The notes under the pieces were generated by a model that was not told the origin of the DNA, made no database searches, and saw only the letters and a program-made list of their open reading frames with translations. DNA of 64,000 nt, taken from Octopus vulgaris (taxonomy: Eukaryota). The position numbers and the translations under genes are program-made. Shown here piece by piece: positions 54,766-64,000 of the stretch. Positions within the stretch are counted from its first letter, which is position 1, and each line of letters starts with the position of its first letter. The DNA lies in contig OX597828.1 in the NCBI GenBank assembly GCA_951406725.2, positions 18,228,001 through 18,292,000 on the forward strand. Reading direction: 5' to 3'.

Positions 54766-55666
54766 CGATTTAGCATTTTTTTCTTTTTTTCTTTCACTCG
54801 TTGGACTCCTTTCAGACTTGAACGATGATTTTCAATTTTTTTTCCTTTTTCCATTTTTTTTTTTATTAAATCTCATCGACGCCATTATGTGTCTTAAAAG
54901 TTCTGCTTCTTATTTTATCAACTTCTATTTAAGAACTACCAAGTTACCGACATAAACAAAGACACCATTAAGCACAGCACTTAAACACTCAAACACAAAC
55001 ACACACGCTATGTATACGTATATATATTCTGTTACACGTTCTAATCAGACTGCGGCCACTCTGGGACACAACCTTGCAGACTTTTTGTTACTTATTCTTA
55101 TTTAAATCTTGGTACTAATTCTAACGGGCATTTTGTCGAACCCCTAAGTTACAGGGACGTATCACACCAACACCGGCTGTCATAATGGCACGGAGGACAA
55201 GAACACACACACATAAAAAAAGAGCGAGCTTCTTACCCCAGAGTCATAGTTGTGTAATGAGTGGAATGTTCTTTTCATTTTCAGGATATTAATCCTATGA
55301 TTCAATGTTCTTTATAATTAGTTCTTTCTATAATAATAAAATAATTATTCTCAATTTCAGACATTTGTCACATAAATGTAAATTTAACGTACAAGATTGT
55401 AATTAAATTATTGAGCATTAACTGAAACGGTTGTAAGAAGAGAAGCTGACCAAATTGTTAATAATAAACACTTATTAACCACCTTATCTCCATTTTCTTT
55501 TCTTTAAATGGATATAAACTATATGCCTAATATACACCTATTGTTTTAAGGGAATTTCATTCCCCAAAAAGTACAAGGTATTGAACCAGTATTTCCTTGG
55601 ATGCAAACATCCCTTCACGAGGTTAACATTAATATTTATATGCATATATACAAAGATACATACATA

Positions 55667-55977
55667 TCACGCGATCACGTGACCGACCAGGCTACCAGAT
55701 GTTGCTACACATCGCTGGTCACAACGCGCTTCGCATTGTTTTAGCCTGCAAACGACGCCACCCCGCTGGCTAAGCGAGCAGGCCAACAGAAGAAAGAGTG
55801 AGGGAAAGTTGTGGCAAAAGAATACAGCAGAGAACACCAACATCCCCTGCCGGAGGCTCGTGGAGCTTTCAGGCGTTTCCGCTAAATAAACACTCACGAC
55901 GCCCGGTCTGGGAGTCGAAACCGCGATCCTACGACCGCGAGTCCGCTGCCCTAACCACTGGATCATTGTGCCTCCGC
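55667..55977 (-). mobile_element. SINE family C head with another distinct tail
   Basis: gcgagtccgctgccctaaccactgg head. Tail ends ggtcggtcacgtgatcgcgtga. Confidence 0.88.
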
Positions 55978-55979
55978 AC

Positions 55980-56551
<572 letters not shown>

Positions 56552-57229
56552 TATGTGCGTGTGCATGTATGTATGAATAGATCGATGGATGTATACATGC
56601 CTATGTATGCATGTCTCTTTTACTTGAAACACGTTATATCATATAGACGGAGTTAAACAAACTCTAATATATTATCTAGAGTATCTTTAATGCCAGGATA
56701 ATCCCTTTCTCAAATAAGATATTTCTGAATTAATGGACATTTCTATATATACAGTTTATTTGTTCATCAATTTTCTCATTTACTGAGCACACATCTGGCA
56801 TGTATGAATTTAGTTAACTGCCTGGCCGTGGTAGACAGATGCATGATTCCGGATATATTATGCAGCTGTTTACTCTGTATTGAATGTTTGGAGATTTGGT
56901 AGTTCTTTTGCTGAGATCATTCATGAACGTGCTTTCACCACTCTCTCTCATTCGGTTACAAAGTGCCGCAAGAATTCACAATGATTATTATTATATAATT
57001 ACAAATATACACACACACATATACATGTGTGTATACATACATGGTGGCTGCCCCCTCGTTATCGAGTATGGCCCTTGCACGAAGCTTAATCAATGTTGTT
57101 ATCGTGCAATGCCTGGGCAAGAAGATTTTTTTTAAAGTGAGGAAAAGCTGTGCACTGAGTCAATCCCACTCACTACGCAACAGCAGCCATAATCCGAAAA
57201 GAAGAACAAGTCAACACCATCGGTAACCA

Positions 57230-57577
57230 CCGAACCGCAGGTTTATATCGGAGTAATCCCAGTTACCTGAGTTACCTTCTCCTAGAAGGATGCCCTAACA
57301 AAAGCTAGGAGTCCTTCACTCCCAATGGTTTAACCGCGCGATCGGGTATTCAGTACGATTATATCTATGTCGCCGCGCATGATACAGCCTTAAGACATTT
57401 ATTGGATGGCCGTTGACTCTCAAGAATTCCTCCGACCTTTGACAGGTTTTGTTTTTCATCCCGCAGGGTGTTCAATAAACACCCTCCTCACCAAGCAAGC
57501 TTGGCGGGGTTGTCGGTTTAGTCGCCGACGACCCGACCATGCAACAGTTTGTACTGGGCTACATGTTACCAGTAGCA

Positions 57578-57580
<3 letters not shown>
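57230..57580 (-). mobile_element. Probable RTE-type LINE 5' UTR fragment
   Basis: GC-rich, structured segment. gggcatccttctaggagaaggtaactc resembles an RTE 5' UTR motif (from memory). The start abuts (TA)n. Confidence 0.55.
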
Positions 57581-57624
<44 letters not shown>

Positions 57625-58163
57625 CAACAATTGAGGGTAAAATTAATTAATTATTAATCAATTTCACCATGTATTCAGTATGCAAAGGGACCATTTAAGG
57701 CGAATTCAAATTATTACATTATATAAAAGGGCTTAGTAAAATAAATTACTTTGCCACATACTGAACTCATTAGAAATAGTAGCTAAAAAAACTTTTTAAA
57801 ACTATTTCTAATACTTAAAGAAAATCTCTCTCATATAGTGTTTGCTCAATTCAACTCACGAAAGTATGGGGGTAAAGACATTAAAAAATCAAATGCAAAG
57901 GTTATTTGAGAACGTACGTTTCTAGATTAGTCAACTCGACATTTCTATCATCAGCTCAGAACTCCTTGGTTTGGATTTGAAAACACTGAAAGTGGGAGCA
58001 TACCCTTTCGGCTTCTTATCGCTTCTGAAGATCTGCTCGAAACTAACAGTGCCAGCAAACTCAAAATATGCAAGCGAAGAATTTCTGCTCTCCCCTTTCC
58101 ACCAGCGTGGGTTAAAATCAGCAAACACTATGCTTTTTCGGTAAAATCCGAAGCATTAAATAG

Positions 58164-58326
58164 AGTTTTTCCAAGCCCCGTAAAAGAACTTAGAGGGCTG
58201 GGCCTTCAACCAGGCCTTTTGTGATAACCTCAAAGCCAGGAATTTTCCAGCAACCACCTAGCATACATACACACATACATACATACTTCCAAACATACAT
58301 ACATACACACACACATGCATACATAC

Positions 58327-58357
<31 letters not shown>

Positions 58358-58548
58358 CATACATACATGCATACATATATATATATATAGTATAATCAGC
58401 TGTAGCTGATAATTACTTATTCCTCATCATTCATTCAATTTCTTATAACTGCTCTGTACTCGACTTACGCTTCATTCAGTAGCGTATGCTTAAATGTATA
58501 CTGAGTTCTATTACCAAGTTATTAGCATCGTTATGCCTAAGCGAAATA

Positions 58549-58610
<62 letters not shown>

Positions 58611-58986
58611 CAAAATCGGGCAAGAAGGCAAAACATCTGGACAGCTAGTTGATACAAAAATGGGACAACAAAACGAGCAGATTAGACGATACAAAGAAAA
58701 CACGGACGGGTCATTCGAAGTTTCCTTTCCTCAGTCAAACACCTGATTATCCTCGCAATTTCGGCTACAGCTGATTATACTATATATATATATATGTATG
58801 CATGTATGTATGTATGTATGTAAGTATGTATGCATGTGTGTGTGTATGTATGTATGTTTGGAAGTATGTATGTATGTGTGTATGTATGCTAGGTGGTTGC
58901 TGGAAAATTCCTGGCTTTGAGGTTATCACAAAAGGCCTGGTTGAAGGCCCAACCCTCTAAGTTCTTTTACGGGGCTTGGAAAAACT
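58164..58986. repeat. Long inverted duplication (58164-58409 / 58761-58986)
   Basis: Arms are nearly identical, including an irregular (TACA)n tract and part of a mariner MITE. Confidence 0.95.
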
Positions 58987-59058
58987 GAAGGACAGCTGCA
59001 ATAAATGTGTGGGTCTGAGAGGGGAATCTGAACCAGAATCTTTTCCGAATCCTCTAAC
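58889..59058 (+). mobile_element. Mariner-derived MITE
   Basis: TIR-like ggtggttgctggaaaattcctggcttt joined to a transposase C-terminal remnant (AWLKAQPSKFF...GLEKLKDSCNKCVGLRGE, frameshifted). Confidence 0.7.
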
Positions 59059-59187
59059 ATATACACACACATTCATTCATACATACATACCTATACATTA
59101 TGTACATATATATTTATATTTCTCTGTATATATGTAAATAGATATACGAACACCACACACACGTGTATGCGTGTATCTGTGAGTATC

Positions 59188-59414
59188 TATTTCTATACTA
59201 CCCACAAGGGGCTAAACATAGAGGGACAAACAAGGACAGACGAAGGGATTGAGTTGATTATATCGATCCAGTGCGAAACTGGTACTTTATTTATCGACTC
59301 CGAAAGGATGAAAGGCAAAGTTGACCTCGGCGGAATTTGAACTCAGAACGTAACGACTGACGAAATACCGCTAAGCACTTCGCCCGGCGCGCTAACGTGT
59401 CTGCCAGCTTGCCG
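59188..59414 (-). mobile_element. SINE family A monomer, 11-bp TSD
   Basis: TSD ctgtgagtatc at 59177-59187 and 59415-59425. Confidence 0.9.
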
Positions 59415-59627
59415 CTGTGAGTATCGATGGCTATTATACTACTGGTAGTTGCATAAAATCACTTCAAAGGTAATCGTCAGTTTCCCGCCGACAGCTGCGT
59501 CTAAGCAATATCGACAACTCTTCAGGTATACTAGCCGGAAGCACATAGCATCTTTTACGCTTTAGATATGTATAAAATCTGGGTGGTTTGGTTTTTGTAC
59601 AAATAAATAGAACGAAACATAGTGAAT

Positions 59628-59667
<40 letters not shown>

Positions 59668-59668
<1 letters not shown>

Positions 59669-60184
59669 ATTCAAATTACGATGAAAGTAAACAAACAAAC
59701 GAATTTTGCTTTAGAAGCGTTAAGATGTCTTAGAAAGTTAAAAAAGTGATTTTAAATTCTCAAGCACAGGATAATGCTAATAATATAGCTTGGACAGGAT
59801 AAGCTACCCTTATTTGGCAGAAAAAAGTGTTGGCGGCCGGCAATGAGACTCGAATTCACACCTCCGTGATTACGCGCCGCGGTGTTCAGAACCATTAAGC
59901 GAAACCGCCCACATTAGAAATTCTTTCACAAATTTAAGATATATGGAAATCTCACTTTATGAGAGACGCTATCATACGTTAAATTCAAATTACGATGAAC
60001 GTAAACAAACAAACTAAGTTTGCTTTAGAAGCGTTGAGATGTCTTAGAAAGAAGTGATTTTAAATTCTCAAACGCAGGATAATGCTAATAATATAGCCTG
60101 AACAGGATAAGCTACCCCTATTTTGCAGAAAAAAGTGTTTGCGGCTGGCTATGAGACTCGAACTCACACCTTCGTGACTACGCG
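59668..60184. repeat. 314-bp period tandem repeat (about 1.65 units)
   Basis: aattcaaattacgatgaa starts at 59668 and again at 59982. Similarity runs to 59876 and 60184. Confidence 0.93.
59831..59909 (-). pseudogene. tRNA-like sequence (possible CGT anticodon) followed by a T6 terminator
   Basis: Acceptor ggcggtt/ggccgcc, A-box-like gcttaatgg and T-arm gtgaattcgagtctcat. D and anticodon stems are imperfect and there are 4 extra nt before the 3' acceptor strand. Confidence 0.55.
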
Positions 60185-60876
60185 AGCTCGTCGGCAAAAG
60201 GAAATTCTGCTCATGAAGACGGTATTCTTATTTCTGATATTTCGCTTTTTGAGTCTAGAATAGTGCATGGATGGTTCGAATTCTCTTAGAATAACATATG
60301 GATGTCTCTACACTTCTCTCCGCCAAGTAGAGCTTGCAACTTCTACTTCCATTCAGGTATAGCGCAGATCTTTCCAGCAACTTCCAGCTAATCCGCATAT
60401 ATAGCTATTTCAATTTGTAACATTGGGTCACCCTTGCACTTTCTATTTCCCTAACGTCTTTCTGTAAAGGCACCGCTTCGTGGCTGTTAGAGAATACCAC
60501 CTCTGCTGAGGAAACGTCGATATGGCCAGCGTGCAATAGTCGACACAAAACTGACGGTAGCATTGTAACAAATTACATGTCAAATCCAGTAATATACTGG
60601 ACGATTGGACGATGTATAACCGCTCTATATATGCATATATATGTAATGCTGCATCACATTCTTTATACCGATCTAATTCCGAAACGCGTACATGGGTAAT
60701 CAAATATCGATTGATTTTCGTTATTTTTTCTCTCTGCCTTCGTGGATTGTTTTCGAGTAAAATGTTTTTTCCGGGAGTCTCTTTTTAAAGTAGAGGAAAT
60801 AGCTAAGGTTCTTTGACTGCTATTTCTAAACTTCGGTATGTGGTAAAGCAAATCTTTGCTAAACCCTATTATTAAG

Positions 60877-60907
<31 letters not shown>

Positions 60908-60936
60908 ATGTATATGTATATATGTATGTATATATC

Positions 60937-60993
<57 letters not shown>

Positions 60994-61408
60994 TTCAAAA
61001 TAGAAAATTACCCTTTGACAGGCAATTTTACATGCTAGAAATAGCAGCCAACACGGCCAAAATACCACAATTTTATAGCAAATTTCGAAGTAATTGAAAA
61101 ATAAAAACCTTTACCTTGTTATATAACGGTTATACCATGGTGTCGGATTACTTAAGCAGAATAATATCGTTTGCTATCTTTTAAAAGATAATTTAGCAAG
61201 ACCATATTATCTCCGAGGCGAATCCTCGTCAGTAACCGCCCTAAACAACTAGCTTATAACTCATAGACAAGATAACACGTGTCCCATCATTATATGCTAT
61301 AATTTTTCAAATATCGCGCGCAGGCGTATTTACAGTCAGCAATAGATACAATGCCGAGCTGAAACTTCGAGAATGCTAAGAACATATTCATAAGGTACAT
61401 ATATATAT

Positions 61409-61445
<37 letters not shown>

Positions 61446-62156
61446 GAGAGAGAGAGAGAGAGAGATGGAGAGGGGGAGAGAGAGAGAGATAGGAAAATGT
61501 ATAAATTCATCTGATCCCAAAAGATTCCACTAAAAGCGAAAGCATCTATCAGAAGAGGATCAGAGAAACTGTAAACCAAATTCACCCTTTTTTTACTATT
61601 TTCATTTCACGCCTATTTTTTTTCGGTATGACTTGTCGATCACCACTAAAATCAATGAACTTTATACTTTCAAACAAATTGATATACAGTTTTGATTGTA
61701 TTGGCTGCTATGAACATTCAAACTTACACCTGTTTTGAACATGTTAATTTATTTTAATTTGTCAACATTGAAACTTTTAAAGATGGTTTTCTAATTTTAA
61801 AGTTTTACCCTTGATAAAAAAAATTATTGTTGAAACTAGTTTGGTAAATGAATATATTTTAAACATTTACGAGCTTTTGAAATTTAGGTGCTTTTTCAAT
61901 AACATATTTTCCTATATTTTTTCCTGCATGGAAAAGATATATGAGTTAATTTTGTTGACAGTAAAACTAAAAAAATATTTCACTAAAATTTACTAAATAT
62001 ATATCTATATCCGCCAGGTTTTTAAAATTTTTTTTAATGCGCTAACAGAATTATTAGAGCGTTGGAAATTAATGCCGCACAAAATTTGCGCTAAATTTTT
62101 TACATCCGGAATTCAGTTCCTGCTGGAGATTAACTTTCCCTTTCATCCATCCATAT

Positions 62157-62586
62157 TCTTTTCTACTGTAGGCACAAGGCCCGAAATTTTGGGGGAGGAG
62201 GGCAGTCGATTACATCGACCCTAGTACGCAAATGGTACTTAATTGAAAGACCTTGAAAGGATAAAATGCAAAGTCGACCTCGACGGAATTTGAACTCAGA
62301 ACGTAAAGACAGACGAAATACCGCTAAACATTTCACCCAGCGTGCTAACGTTTCTTATTTCCTTATTGCCTACAAGGGGTTAAACATAGAGGAGACAAAC
62401 AAGGACAGACAAAGGGATTAAGTCGATGACATCGACTTCAGTGCGTAACTGGTACCTAATTTATCGACCCCGAAATGATGAAGGGCAAAGTCGACCTCGG
62501 CAGAATCTTAACTCAGAACGTAACGCCAGACGAAATACTGCTAAGAATTTCGCCCGGCATGATAACGTTTCTGCCAGCTCGCCACC
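62157..62586 (-). mobile_element. SINE family A dimer
   Basis: Two modules plus tail. Confidence 0.88.
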
Positions 62587-63028
62587 GTACGAGCTTCTCA
62601 GAATTACCAACCTTTGGCCTATGTAAAAAACATCACTATTTTATCATATTTGTTGTTTTTGCTGTCTCTGGTTAAATAGTAAAATAAAACATTTGACTCT
62701 TTATGATAAACCGTTTTTACGTTTTTGTTTCATTCGTTCGAGCACGACCAAGCTGGGGCAAAGCTTTCAATGATTTAGTCGATCAAACCAACTCCGCTTC
62801 TTCTATTTTTAAGTTGAGTATCTTTTGCACGAGATTCATGTGTTATTTTTCCGACGAAAACGGTCCGGGAAAGTAAACAAACAACAACTACGAAACTAGT
62901 CTGCAAGTAACGAGAAGACAAACAAATGGGCACACGCACAGGAATTTGTGTGTGTATGTGTGGGGGGGTCCAATGCAGCATTCTACCTGACCTCAAGGTT
63001 GTCTCAGCTATTATTACTACTATTACAA

Positions 63029-63408
63029 GGCAGCTAGCTGGCAGAAGTGTTAGCACGCCGGGCGAAATACTTACCGTTATTTCGTCTGCCGCTACGTTCT
63101 GAGTTCAAATTCCGGTGACGTTGATTTTGCCTTTTATCCTTTCGGGGTCGATAAATTAAGTACCAGTTACGCACTGGGCTCGATGTAATCGACTTAATAC
63201 CTATATCTGTCCTTGTTTGTCCTTATCGGTAATAAAGAAATAGGTATTTTGTCTGCCGATACGTTCTGAGTTCAAATTCCAGCCGAGGTCGATTTTGTCT
63301 TTTATCATTTTGGGGTCAATAAATTAACTACCAATTATGTACTGGGGTGGATCTAATCGACTGGCCCCGTCCAACGAAATTTCAGACCTTGCGCCTACAA
63401 TAGGAAGG
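63029..63408 (+). mobile_element. SINE family A dimer
   Basis: Head, two modules and tail. Confidence 0.88.
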
Positions 63409-64000
63409 ATTATTACAACTACTACTACTGTTGCTGCTAACACCTCTACTACTGCTATTATAATCAACAATAATATTTTATTTTTCTTTTTTTTTCCTTT
63501 ATGCCATGGTTGAGCCAAACGTAGACCCCTCCTATGTGGAGTAGAAAGTCCTGTTTTCTAGTTATCTGAGTGCTAGGCGTGGAATGAAATCCATATCCAC
63601 AATATAATCTTGCCTGCTGGTTCATAGAACATAGTTAGCTCGGTTGCATGTATTCGGAGCAGTCCTGTGGCACGGAATTTTCCGTGACCTTTACATAGAC
63701 CACCAACTGAGGCTCCGACCTCAGCGCTAAATAATACATTCATAAATCGAAGTAGAAAAGACATCCAAAGCGATGCTTTTATTTCGTAAAGAAAGGAAAA
63801 AACAAAACACCGACTGGCTTTTGTTACCTCTGGGGAAATTGTTGATAAATTCAGAGTATCTCCTCTCCTCATTCAGTCCATTCCAATAACGGAAGCGAAG
63901 AGAGGAAGAATGAATCATGAATAAATCTTGCATGGTGTGTACTGTGTGTGTGTATGTGTGTGTGTGTGTCTGCCTGTATGTGTGTGTGTCTAGACTGAGA

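Noticed and set aside
58025-58051. ctgaaga...cgaaac hammerhead-like core
   Set aside because: Stem II does not close, the triplet is GUG and there is no stem I. At most a remnant.
61210-61240. Minus-strand CTGACGAG followed by a hairpin
   Set aside because: No GAAA follows the stem, so it is not a hammerhead.

Overview
AT-rich eukaryotic genomic DNA, dense in (TA)n, (CA)n, (GA)n and trinucleotide microsatellites. The repeat content looks like a coleoid cephalopod, probably Octopus (from recollection of its repeat families, not a database search). I cannot support any host protein-coding gene: the long ORFs are microsatellite translations, and every recognisable coding remnant is a decayed transposon. 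These comprise two DD37D maT-like elements, mariner elements including a DD34D copy with clear TIRs, R4/Dong-like, RTE and CR1/L2-like LINE fragments, and a Helitron plus a Helentron/DINE-1-like non-autonomous element. Four tRNA-derived SINE families (labelled A-D here) occur in many copies. The most interesting items are: (1) a 5S rRNA copy fused to a multimeric tRNA-SINE inside one target-site duplication (6786-7530); (2) a well-formed but core-variant type I hammerhead-ribozyme fold inside a foldback (14346-14431), with related TA-anchored foldbacks that look Penelope-derived; (3) a tRNA-like unit with a Pol III terminator in a 314-bp tandem repeat; (4) several local templated or inverted duplications; (5) a cryptic, decayed ~29-30 bp tandem array. 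Boundaries of decayed elements are approximate.
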